Origin: Microthyrium microscopicum
Lineage: Eukaryota
NCBI GenBank assembly: GCA_010405405.1
Contig: MU004240.1
Coordinates: forward strand, 882,316 to 946,315
Direction: 5' to 3'
Length of the DNA stretch: 64,000 nucleotides
Within the stretch, counting starts at the first letter, position 1, and every line of letters begins with the position of its first letter. The notes below the pieces were generated by a model. The model was not told the origin of the DNA and ran no database searches. It saw only the letters and a list, made by a program, of their open reading frames with translations. Made by a program: the position numbers and the translations under genes. Shown here in pieces: positions 37,600-49,261 of this stretch.

Positions 37600-39394
37600 A
37601 GTGGTGTGCCGAGTACGAGATATGCAGCCGCAAAGCAGAAGATTTAGATGAGGACTCAATCCGTCGGATCTCGGTTGCGGAGATTGTGGAGAATTCGGTA
37701 ACAAATTATTGGCGGTGATGAATTTGATTGATGATGTTTAGTGGTTGAAGTGGAATTGGAAGGTTGGAAATTGAAGCTCCCCTGATCCCTGCAAAGCGTG
37801 TCCTGCCATCGACCTAGCAAAATAAAATGGCACGCTCCCCATCAACGCTGATGGCTTCCAATCACCTCCAGAGTCCAGTCAGTACAAGTTGCTATATTTG
37901 CCATCGCATTCGATAAAGCGGTAAGATGTGAACGCCCTCTATGCTATGGCAAATAAAGCACTCGATACCGAGCCATCTCTTTCTCATGCAGTGCTTCCCA
38001 GCCTGCTTATGCCCGCCTATTACCACAAGAGGAAAATTCCGTATCAAAAGCGGCAGTGACCGCTCAAAGCCTCGAGCATCTGCATCTCCTTGACATCAAT
38101 GCGGTCCAACTCCGCTCTCAATCTGGACTAGAGCCGATCAAACGTTCTTCCAGAACATCCTTCCGGAATCAAAACTCACGTACATACCCTGGATCCTAGA
38201 ACATGACGCAGCAAGCATAAGATCGCCTCATTAATCGTGCTTATGCTCTGATAGGTACCCGGTTTTGAGTAACTCGCCAGGTACCGAGGAGCAGGAGCCG
38301 CATATCACTACTTTATATGCGAATCAAAGACGGAACAAGCCATCAAATCTCTAACAACATGTCAACAAAGCAGACTTGCGCCAGAAACAGCCTGTTGTCA
38401 CTGTGTGCTCTGGTCTTGCTTGTTAATGTGGTATTGGCTCAAAGTCTTGTAGTTAGAATTTTCGGTGTAGGATTTAAACCACTAGTATGTAGGTATGGGT
38501 ATATGAGAAAGAGATGGTCGATCTTCTTTGGTAAGTTACTTCCTGGACATTCGGAGCCTCCAGGGCTCTTCTAAGATCAAGGCCCTGGCCGTATATAGAC
38601 GGTTTCTGGACATTTCAAGGAGATTTCCGTCAAACGTGTCCAAGCTGCTCACAACCTCGTCTCCGGTTCGGTATATACCAGCATTGTCCACTTATGACCT
38701 ATATTCCATGCCCGGTAAACACTGGGAATGTACTTTGGGAACAACGAGTTCACTCTCCGGAATTGACGGTCTTCCACCTCGCCTACGGACACAGCTATAA
38801 GTCGAAGAGATATTCCCGAGATCGAAAGTGAAATGAGATGGACCCTCTTTTTACCCCGAAAGTTGAGTAATCAACAGCTCTGATAATTCGTGACATAAGA
38901 ATATTTAAAAAGCCTACCGTTTGTCATCCAACATGAAAGTACAAGAAGAACCATAATCCAATGCGCTAATGTGAACGAGATGGACCAGATGAACCAGAAA
39001 ACATCAGGGATAAAGAGAAAACGCTAAGCGATATGTTACAAGGAAAATACAAAAGAAAAAGAATCCGAGCAAATCAGATATCCCCGCGCGCGTGCCTGGT
39101 CCAAAGCTGACATCGCTAGGCCACCGCTGTTGCCCATCATTAATCATAATATAGGAAATATAGCCTCCTAGCCCTTGTTTTACCCTTCCAGCGCCAGCCT
39201 GATGATAAATGCCCCTATAAACTCACAATATAAGATAATGTCTATACAGCATAGACAAGCGAAAGGAAGCAGCAGTAGATCCCCTGGAGATCAATCCTAA
39301 TCAATATGCGTGCCGGATTGCCGGATGTTCGTTCGATGGTTCCTGATAGCTAATTCAATGTACCCCTGCTGGTACTGCTATCATTGGTTGAATT

Positions 39395-39514
39395 TGTATT
39401 AGCAGGCTGATGTTGTGCATCGTGTTGCAACTGTTGCTGTTGTTGATGTCGCTGTTGCTGTTGTTGATGATGATGGGAAGTTGGATGAGAATGAGGATGA
39501 GGATGCTGTTGTAA
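39395..39514 (-). repeat. CAT/CAA/CAG trinucleotide-rich tract behind the C6 TF stop codon
   Basis: Minus strand CAT CCT CAT CCT CAT ... CAT CAT CAT CAA CAA CAG CAA CAG CGA CAT CAA CAA CAG CAA CAG, in frame with the CDS. Confidence 0.85.
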
Positions 39515-39565
39515 TGTGCCAGCCCTGGTTTTCGTCTTAGCTGGATGATGGAAAACAACATCTTG

Positions 39566-41619
39566 TCACGTCCAAACGGCCGTAGGGACCACGCACCCGC
39601 CGGCAATGCCTCCAGTGCTTCCTAGATATCCGGCACTGCTTGAATTTAATGCACTCCCATACGGAGAGATTGGCGACACTCCCATTCCTCCAAAGTCTAC
39701 TGCGGCTCGAGGCGCATGGTGAAAGTCTGGTAAAGGAAGCTGATACGTTGCGCTATCTGGCTCTGACTTGAAGCCAGGGGAAATCAGGGGTGAATTTCCA
39801 TATGCTGAGGTCGGGGTAGTCTGATATGATGTAGTAGGCGTATAAGGTTTGTAAAATCCGTCAACTGCGCTACCAACTGCACTTCCAGGCACTTCCAGAA
39901 ACGGCGATCTCGGGAGGTTCGTGGAGATAGGTGGTGGAGTCATATGTATCGTTGTCGATGCAAAAGCTGGGGAAAGGCTGGGAGTATGAGCCTGCTGATC
40001 GGCTAATTGTGTGATCAAATCAAGGCCCATGTTTTCTGCAAACGGCTGTCCGACTGGAGAATGTAGCGATGCTTGTTGCTGAGCCCATTCCCGCCGACTT
40101 TTAAAGCGAGACAAAGCATCTCGAGGAAAGTCCATAAGTACCGCCGCCGTTTGAGAAAGCGTGTCGTATTGTTGAGTGGCTTGACAAGTCTGGATAATGT
40201 TAATGATTTCAGTCAGTGGATTTGCAGCATGCGATGCTAGAAATGGTGCTCCAACGTCTGGAAAGACTCGTTCCAGGAGAAGAGCAGCTGCGTAGAAATG
40301 CGATAGCACCAAAAGAGTATGGATGTCTCCTCTACGAGACGAGAGTAGATTGACTGGTAGCCAGAAAAGCATTTTGCGCAAATGGTATAATTGGTCAAAC
40401 TGCTCTTTTGGCGTTTGAGCGGGCGGAGAGTTTCGTAGCGAGTCCATCAAGGTTCGCATTTGATCAACTAATTTGGTATCTTCTGGAGGCTGGGACACAG
40501 ATGTCTGTAACCTGTGAAATGCAGCGTGGATAGTCTGTATCGTGTTTCCATTTTCACGGCGGTCTTCTGCTGTCACCTGGAAAGCGCTTTCGTTGTTGAA
40601 GCCTTGCAAAGGGTCAATTGGACTTTGGGAAAGATATTCCTCGAAAACGGACTCGGGACGAAATCGCTGCATGACATGTATAACCTAGGACATAATTAGT
40701 ATTCATAGTTGCAGTGGATCCCGAAGACGTACTGTCTTCAAGCCCGACATTGATTGAGCCCAGTTTTTCCTAGAAACAGTTAGTGCTGATGTGCTTCAAT
40801 CCGAGTGGCTACACTTACCAGTCATTTTGAAGCCATGATAAGATCAAGCTCGCAGCCAAGATACCATCCGCATTGGTCTTGGAAAACTTCGCACGCGTGT
40901 CTTGAAGCCCTCGAGTAGCTAAACCGACATAATCATTGGCGAGTACACGCGCATCGTTCGATTGCGTCTCCCATGCCATATGCGAAGCTGAGAAAGCGTA
41001 GATAGCGTGCATGACAAAGTCATGGTTAGCCGCGACTGCTAAGCACCTTGATGACATGATTAGTTTGTAGTACAAGAAACAAAACTGTCAATATAGTTAA
41101 CTTACTTGGGCATTATGTTTGTCCAAAGAGCAAGTTTGGCCGTTCGACTACTGAGTAGCCCGTTCAAAATGGAGCAAACATGGTAAAGTAATCTTGCTTC
41201 GTTGCGAGAAGCAGTTTTGACTTGAGGTTGTGGGAAGATATCCAGCTCTGGAAATGGAAACTGATCGGTTTGCCTCCATACCTCAACAGCCCTTTCAATC
41301 TCTGAAGTCCAATTCAATCCAGTCTGCGTAGATATTCGCAACCCTTCATCCACAACTGGTGGAAGGTCCATGTAGTCACACCTCACCTGGTGCTTGGTAC
41401 AGTTGCGGCTATAAACTTGTCAGCAACAGCGTAGAGGACTTGAGTTATCCTTACCATTGCGGAAATGTCTCATCGCATCTTATATGCCTCCGCTTGCATG
41501 TTTTACAGCCCTTTCTGGACTTAGTATGACTGCGTCCGTTTAGCAGGATGTAAGTACACTCGTAAGGCTATTGCTAAAGCTTACCTGCGACGTGAAGGTC
41601 CTCCACCACGACCAGCCAT
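39566..41619 (-). CDS. Zn(II)2Cys6 transcription factor (Upc2-like 'C6 finger' family)
   Basis: Exons 41619-41585, 41529-41455, 41408-41106, 41046-40819, 40769-40733, 40684-39566 give MAGRGGGPSRRSHTKSRKGCKTCKRRHIRCDETFPQCRNCTKHQVRCDY, plus FVMHAIYAFSASH and LRKMLFWLP. Ends VVPTAVWT*. Confidence 0.93.
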
Positions 41620-44600
41620 TGAATTTGAGTGCTCAAAGGAAATTCTGGATCAAAGCAAATCAAGCTCCTTTGGATTTCGGACCCGGTAGTAGACGATCGC
41701 TGAAGTGAGAAATCTGATGATGTTGGGAGTACTAAACTTGTTTAGGAGGAGATATTCCCAATAGGCCGCCGTTTCATATGACAAGGCTATTGCTAGCAAC
41801 TACCTAGCACACTTGCTGCTCGTGTTCTTTGAGCATGAAAGACGTCAATGAAGAGGCTTAGATGACGGGAAGGGCCGTAAGATTGCCGAGCGTGGTGATT
41901 AGAACTCGAGAGGCGCAGAGTAGAATACGATGTGTCGAAAGCGTAAAGCTATTTGTCAAACCAGTGGTGCCTTGTTCTGTACATGAGAAGTTTGAAGTGC
42001 TCACTTCAAACTTGAAGAATACAAAAGATGGTGTATCGAGAAGAAGACGGAACAGGCAGGTAGGTAAGAAATGTTAACGAATGGCGGAACGTGTATGCAG
42101 GGAGTTAAACCCAAAGAGAACAGGACGAGGCTGTGGACAGAGAAGTAATATCTTGCGAAACTGAACGCATAGGTACATGTCAGACCTATCGCCTTGCTTG
42201 TGGGGGGATGGACGGGGTCAGTGATTTTCCTTTTGGGACGTTAAGTTACAGCTGGGGATAACCGGACTGGAGACGCATATGCTAGTAGGAATGAGTATAC
42301 GGTACGGACTACCTTTAATAGAAGCAGGCCACGGACAGAGCTATGACCAAGGAGAAATAAGTCGAAACTAGAGGGCGGACCGACAGAGTCCATCCTCAGC
42401 AGCTCCAATAATTCAGAATGACACGGCTCGAATTGCCACTGGTTGGTCAGTCACCGCCAGCCAGCAACCAGCAGAAGCGTCCATCCAAAGCAGCACCAGA
42501 GTTCTCCAACCCCGATTTCTCGTATAGCTTAGCCTCAGTGTCACAATCCTACTAAAATAAAACTACATTCAACGCTCCGCACGCAGCCGAGCGGGCTGAC
42601 AGCTCTGCTGCAGGACCAACGTTCAGCCACCGTTGACCGGCTGTGGTTAGGCCAGTCGGTCCACAACCCAAACGCTTTGAAGATGTGATGAATGGGGGAC
42701 AGGGGGAATGGTGAAGGGGTCAATGTGTTGTGCGCCATCATTAATGTTTCGGGGGATATTTACCACGGAGCATGGCACCAAGTCTAGACATGGTCGCAGG
42801 AGTCCAGTAGTGTGAGCAGGGCTGGAAGAAGAATGGCCAAGTCTAACTACGGAGGCATAGACATGGGATAGAGAATGGGACAGTGCCGGATGATCAACAA
42901 CAAGACGCGAAATGGTCGCGGTGGGAACTGGGGGTTCAGCAAGAAATGATTTCATAGGCGAAAGCAATAATAAAGATCCCAACGGGGGGGTGGGAAGTCT
43001 GAAGGAGAGGGGATTAGTTAAAGAATCCTTGGAGAGTCATTCAGCCGCGTGTGGTCGCTGTGGTGTGAACCAAAACCAAGCCATGCTGCCAACCCCACAA
43101 ACGCCGTGGCAGACAAGGAGCGGACCGTCATTCCAGTCAGTCACCGTCGTGATGGCCATGGTGTGCTGCTTTGTCGTGGATGCTGCGAATTGCTGAAGAG
43201 TTGAACCCTGAAGCCACCATGTATGATTGAATTCCTCATCTTCAGAAGACACGCCAGATAGGACAGGAGTCTAACCACGATTCTTAGTGTCACAAACTCA
43301 CAGACAGACCACCAAGCTGGTATTTCCAAGATCCCAAAGTACAAACCCGCAGTTGGCCTCGCTTCATCTGTCCGTCGGCTTGCATACTCCAGTCCCTATC
43401 CTAAGTCAACACACCAGTGCAGGATCCGACCACACGGGCTTGCATTTTAAGATGCAGCTGCATCATAACCTTGAACCGACGTTGGACTGTTGACTTGTCA
43501 AAATTGGGTAATATCCATCTGTTAATCAATCCGCAAGACCCTGTCGTTGCCCGCATGGAACGACCATTTGGTGCACAGCCCTGACCTGAGCATTTTGGGA
43601 CAAGCCACCCGCCGGCCCATGGTCAATCAAGCTGTCAATCGATCCATGAACGATCAACTGTCTGCCTGATGCTGCGGAAGCTGAGAGCCCACGAGCCTGT
43701 CTGGTCCAAGAGCTCCTCAACTCTGCACGGCCAGGCGATTCATCTCAGGGCCAAAGACGGCCAAGCAAGCGAACATACGTAACCAAACGAGGACCTTTCT
43801 TTGACGCCCTACTCTATCTCGTTGCGTAGTCCTACGGCTCGTTGCTTTGATTCATTCTCTAGCACCGAGATTATTCATGATTTTGATATGGAATTATTAT
43901 ATCCCATCGGAGGTGACTTGACTATTCTAGCCACTGGCCAGCCGACTCCAGCCCTACCTCTACCGAGAAGTTGAGGGTCGTTGTCGTGGATCATGGCTTT
44001 AAAGTACAAATTGATCGACTAATTCTCCTAGACTTCCGCCTCGCTTCCGGGTTATTCCATGTGCACTTCCCTGACAGGTCCAGTATTGTTCCAACGGTCG
44101 AGACCAATTAGCCAATTGATACTAGCGCTTCTTTGAATCCAGGCACCACGCTCGCTAGTCTTACGCACGCTATGTAAAAGTTATTACAGTAGGTAGATAT
44201 ATCATTTACTCGTTCACCTATACTTTACATTCCTTTCATGTCTGTTTATAGTTTTAAGATTTGCAGGTGAGGTAGAACACTCACATACACCGTTGGCTTC
44301 AAGATCTCTTGTCCCGTTTATCATTGACAGATTTTTACGCATGACTTTGTTTGGTTCTCTTTACTTTCCACGTACATAAGGATCAGTGTTCAATAATGTT
44401 ATTTGCATGGCGTTCTTCAGACGAGAAGCTAGCTACAAATGGAATGCAATCAACAAATGTCAACTTATGTCATCACTGTATGTCAGAATTGCCGCTCGTC
44501 TGCACATTTATCAATTGACATGCCGTCGGCCGATGTGATAGCTTTCTTGAACAGGTCAGCGAGAAAAGCTGCCTCTTTTTCTTTTCGGAGCCTCCTTTTT

Positions 44601-46893
44601 CTGCTCAACGTCAACCTTCTTTTGGTAGTGTTTCGCGCAAATATTGGGTTGCGCACGTTCAAAGTGTCAGTAGTAGCGGCGCCTCTACCGAGATGGCACG
44701 CACCCAGTTCTATTATTATCTCCCTGATCGCGTGGGCACATGTGGTACAACCTCTAGGTATTTTGTTGGAACATTGGGCCAATTGTCCAAAGATCCTTTG
44801 CAACTTGGGTCTTTGAGCACAAGTTACTAACATGGAGTGTCAACCTTGGAAGCTACGGAAGCGCGACATGCTTCCCTCCATAGGAAGGGTAAGCGACAAA
44901 TATTGAAGATCGTTACATCGAGGTTGCACTAAAAGGACTACAAAACCAAAAATAGCAAATGCATGGCAGGTGCATTTAGTCTGCAACTCCGCATGCAGCG
45001 GTAGCTCCAGTGTCCACACAGCTAAAATCGCCAAGTCCCATTCCAATGATGATCAAAAAGATCCTACCATTCCTTCGAAAATACCATGTAACATTAACCA
45101 GCGCGTGCAAACACCTCTTTTGGTTAAGATTTAGAAAAGTTCCGCCTCAAGGGAGATGAAGATCCAACCGGAGCCTTTGAGATGGCTACAAAACAGAATG
45201 GTTTTAGGCGTTACTAAACCCAAGTTTTGCAGTATAACGAAAATACATGCATACCAGCATACCATTCAAAGCAACGGTAAACAAGTTGTCGGACCATGCC
45301 TTGCAGTTAGCTTCCCTGTCCTGGCAGCATTTCAAGAGTCATGAACTAACGGCACTTGTTTCTCTGAATCGGTGCTGCTACCGCTCAGTGGCAGTCCTCA
45401 AGTAGAGTATTCAATGAATGGGGTCAGACGAAAGTGGCTCAAGCGATTCTCGGAAAGCAGTTCCGGAAATTACTCCGCAGCTTGTATGGAGGCGCGAAGT
45501 ACAGTCGCGTTGAGCGTACCTGAATACTTGCAATGTTGGCATTCTCCTACCATAGAGTACGGAGTAAGCCACCACCAGCGTGCGTCTCATCAACTGATGA
45601 AACCACGATCTAGCCTAAGTTTGCTCGAATGGATTGAAGAACATAATCCTTTTGACTGTTTGTGTTATGTCATGTCGTGGATGACACACTATGACATACC
45701 AAGGCAAATGATAAATCATCAGGGGCAAACTTTTATTGGATTGGGGGCGTAAAAGGAGCACAAAGGGCCTCTAATTCTAAACTGGCCTGACCACTAACAG
45801 CATATTTCCCCACTGAAAGTGGACTGACATGGCGATGCACCGCACTAATTTAGCGTTGCCGAAGCCAATGTCTATTTTTATCCCTCTGGCGTTGAGCTTG
45901 ACCACACTCCACTGCTTCGTTGCCTCTACTCCTCCACTCTTAACATGACATTACTCTCCGTTTCTTGCCTTCATTCGTCTCAATTTGCTCAAAAGCCCTG
46001 GTCGCAAATCACTGAATCTATTCCTTTTCTCTGAACTGTAAGTTGGCTCCTTGGACCTTGTCTTCAATGAGCCTATGAGGGCAGGAACCGGAGCTGATTC
46101 CGACCAAATTCTTGTCAATGCCTGGCAGGACTGGTATCTGGCAAATCTTCTGAACAGTCAACTCCTTGCAGTGTTCTTCTTGTTTCTGTCCAGGTCTACC
46201 TTGATATTCTGAGGAGGGAGTGCCGTAACCATTATCTGGACTGTCTGTCACCACACCTGCATTGTTTCTGTCTGCACCCCACGAGGCATAATCTGCCATA
46301 TCTCAATCCAGCAGAAATCCTTCCAAATGCAGGGGAGATATCATTTAGTGAATGGTTGGCTTAGAATCTCGATAGCTCAGTTCTCTGCGCGCTGTATGAC
46401 ACTCTTCTAGAAGCCTTCTATTCACCGTTTCTTTTTTATAGCGTGGCCTGTACCTCCCACGTCAGGTATTTGTTTTCCTACGCGCAGAAAGATAGAGGTA
46501 GATTGTACCATAAACTTGATCGCTAACAATATGTCAGTTCTGAAGATGGTGCCTGAAGCCGACCCACTCGGGGCTAACCGAGATCTCTCCCTTTTTGATC
46601 GTATTGGCCAGCATTCTGGATCCAGAAAACAGTATAAATCTCTCCTGGCCCTGTCGTAAGGCAAGATTCGTATGATAGCTAAATTTATCAGCCATTGACA
46701 ATCTTACCATTGGCTTCCGAGTACGTGGAAAACAATTGTCAAGATATGGAGATCTTTGATCTAATCATTATCAATTCAAACCCACTTCCCTATCAAAGTC
46801 GTAGTCCAAAATTCTGTGAACCTCGCTACCTCTTCCTTTTTAGGTCCTAGGGTCGACTGGAGCAAGAGATAATTCCCTTGGAGGTCCAATCAC

Positions 46894-46941
46894 CATGAGT
46901 TTTACGGTCTGTATCTGCATGAGTTCTAAGGTCTGTATCTG
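46894..46941. repeat. 24-bp tandem duplication
   Basis: CATGAGTTTTACGGTCTGTATCTG followed by CATGAGTTCTAAGGTCTGTATCTG. Confidence 0.85.
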
Positions 46942-48189
46942 TCTCTGTCAAAGTCTTCCCCGGATTGTAGCCTCGCCAGCATAGAGCAAGGCGCTTTCTG
47001 CGACTCTGCTCTACGAGGGACATCTTTAAATGCTACAGGGGCACCCTCATTATTGAAAACAACACGATATCAATATATAGGATCACATCGCTCATTCCGA
47101 CTTGCTCTCGAATACGATGTTTAAAAAAGATGGTTAAATCTCAATTCTGTTCTTTGGAAATGTTCCAGTCAGTCGGTCTCCCCGCTTCTCGTACTGTGTC
47201 CCTGACAAAACCCATCACCAGGTCCATGGAGCGATTGAAGCATTTTGAATCGTATCTTCGTATTCGATACCTCCAACTTATCGTCAACCCGCTTTCGGCC
47301 AGCCGGTCCGCACTTCCTCCAAAACGTCAAAATTGCACAAGATCTGCTGTAAAGCTAGTCTGTAAGCAGGCCCCATCAAAAAGGGCTTTGTAGATAGCAA
47401 CTCGTACTTGTAATTCTCCAAAAACATTGCTAATATCGGCAGTTTGTGCTCAGACAGATAGCCGCGAATGTAGAGCCCAGCAAACTCATCCATGCTCATT
47501 GATACACAACCGAATGATGCTGGGCATATGATCGCTTTCCAAAACTCGTCATCTCCCATCCCTGTTCAATTTGCTTGCGAATACTGCCGTCCAAACCAAT
47601 ACTTTACTACTATGGCCGAACCCGCAACATTCAAGATCGTCCGGGCGGTAGTGAGCAATCAAGATCGTCCGGACGGTAGTTACCGGCTCAAAACGGAATC
47701 TTCCTAGGGCAATGCTCTGGGAGTTAACGTTGGCAATAAGACATATCCTGACGTTGATAACAGTGACCTGATCAAGTGTAACGACCTTTCAGATTCTCAA
47801 GAAATTCGTTATAAGTGATAGATTCCAGGGCCCCCATTTCCAAACTTATTCGTACCTGTTAGGCCCGACTTGTCATCGTCCGCCTCTATAATTTCAAAAC
47901 AGTTGTGACGCTAGATAACAACTTCCCCGTCTTCTAGGTAGATCACCAGGACATCTGCTACTAGGAACCTACTCTAGCTTCATTCTGACCTGATGAATTT
48001 TTTCGATGTAGTCTCTCTCTCACCTATCCCAGACCGGGGCATGCTCCGAATCTATGACTTGCCAAATGCCCCTGTTCGCATCTGACATTGAAAACAACAA
48101 ACCAGCATCAAGCAAATAGTCGTCGATCAATATTCACCAAGAAACAATGCAAAGAAAAACCTGCGTAACCCCCAGCAAAAAAACCCCAT

Positions 48190-48930
48190 GAATCCTTCCG
48201 ATCCTTCATCCAAGGTCTGGGTCCGCGGGCGAACCAGTAGAAGACTCGTCTGTCAGCAAAACCCTTGGAAGGTACCGATCATGGACAAAGCGGTAAAAGG
48301 TGAGCGAGCCTCGCCCTGGTACCTGCCAGCGGAGAGCACTGTTTACAGAAATCTAGCAGATCTTCCACTAGTGTTGCATCTCGGTCGCAACTTGCCGGCG
48401 GCCATGTAATTCCATGAAATCTGGCAAAAGGGCCGCTTCTAGAGGTGAGAAAGCAAACGGATCAAACGGCTCTTTCAGAAGATAAAAAGTCATGCAAACT
48501 TGAGCCCCAGCAATTGATTCCCGCCCCACACAAGGGGTAGAATACAATTTCGCATAGCTAACAAATGCAATAGTGAATGCGAGCTCTGGGACAGTAGTAA
48601 GGTATGTGCGAAATCTGAACCAACATTACTCCAATATATCGGACTCCACACCACGTAATTTAGCTTATATTCTTCTTCGCCCCAAAAATCTTTCTTTCTC
48701 GCCACGGTGGCAGGGAACGGCTGTCGGATCGTCAAAGAGCAAATGGGAAATAAATCTATCGCATTGGCCGTCCCTGAGGACGAGCGGCCAATATATCTGT
48801 CCAGGTGAGCTGGGTCGTTGAAAGTAAAGGGCGTTGACATGGGACCTAAATTAGGCATTTTTATATTTTTAACAAGAGGTAAATCGAGATTTAGGTATAA
48901 TATGCATCTGATAAGGAGCCAGGGACGGCC
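48190..48930 (-). ncRNA. Candidate structured non-coding RNA, family unidentified
   Basis: About ten consecutive inverted repeats, several closed by G-U pairs only on the minus strand. No convincing coding frame. See findings. Confidence 0.3.
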
Positions 48931-49261
48931 TAGTTCATTATGAATCCGATGTCTTTGAACGCTATTTATGGCTTTTAATGTTGAATCTACACAAAGGCAA
49001 ATGTACAAGCCTTACAAATGATTCGTAATACATCAAGCTGGAAAGATTGAGCCGACGACGCTTCAGTTATGCATTCATTGCGCTCTCATAATATTCATCC
49101 CATCTTGTCCCAAAAAACTTTCTCATCCCGTCGAGTTCGCTCTCACACGCTTGGGGAAGTAAACGCCAATGATGCATATCATTACAATGATCCATGGGCT
49201 CAAATATGGAATTGAGCACAGAGACGGTCTAAGTGCTGAAAACGTCACTACTGAAATATAC

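Noticed and set aside
44325..48495. Telomerase-RNA-like pseudoknot: TTTTTAC-GCATGACTTT (44332-44348) could pair with AAAAAGTCATGC (48484-48495)
   Set aside because: The halves are 4.1 kb apart, a 10-nt match is expected by chance in an interval this size, and I found no TAACCCTAA-type template on either strand of 41620-49260.
48290..48510. U5 loop-like ACCTTTTACC and RNase MRP-like GGGGCTCA on the minus strand
   Set aside because: The first lacks the invariant G and an enclosing stem; the second has no matching CR-I partner.
48774..48825. CTGAGGA...GAAA resembling a hammerhead ribozyme core
   Set aside because: Stem II does not close directly on the core, and stems I and III with a cleavage triplet could not be built.
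48490..49008. 172-aa minus-strand ORF downstream of transportin
   Set aside because: No domain or typical composition, and it overlaps the expected 3' UTR and the structured segment; not excluded, but unsupported.
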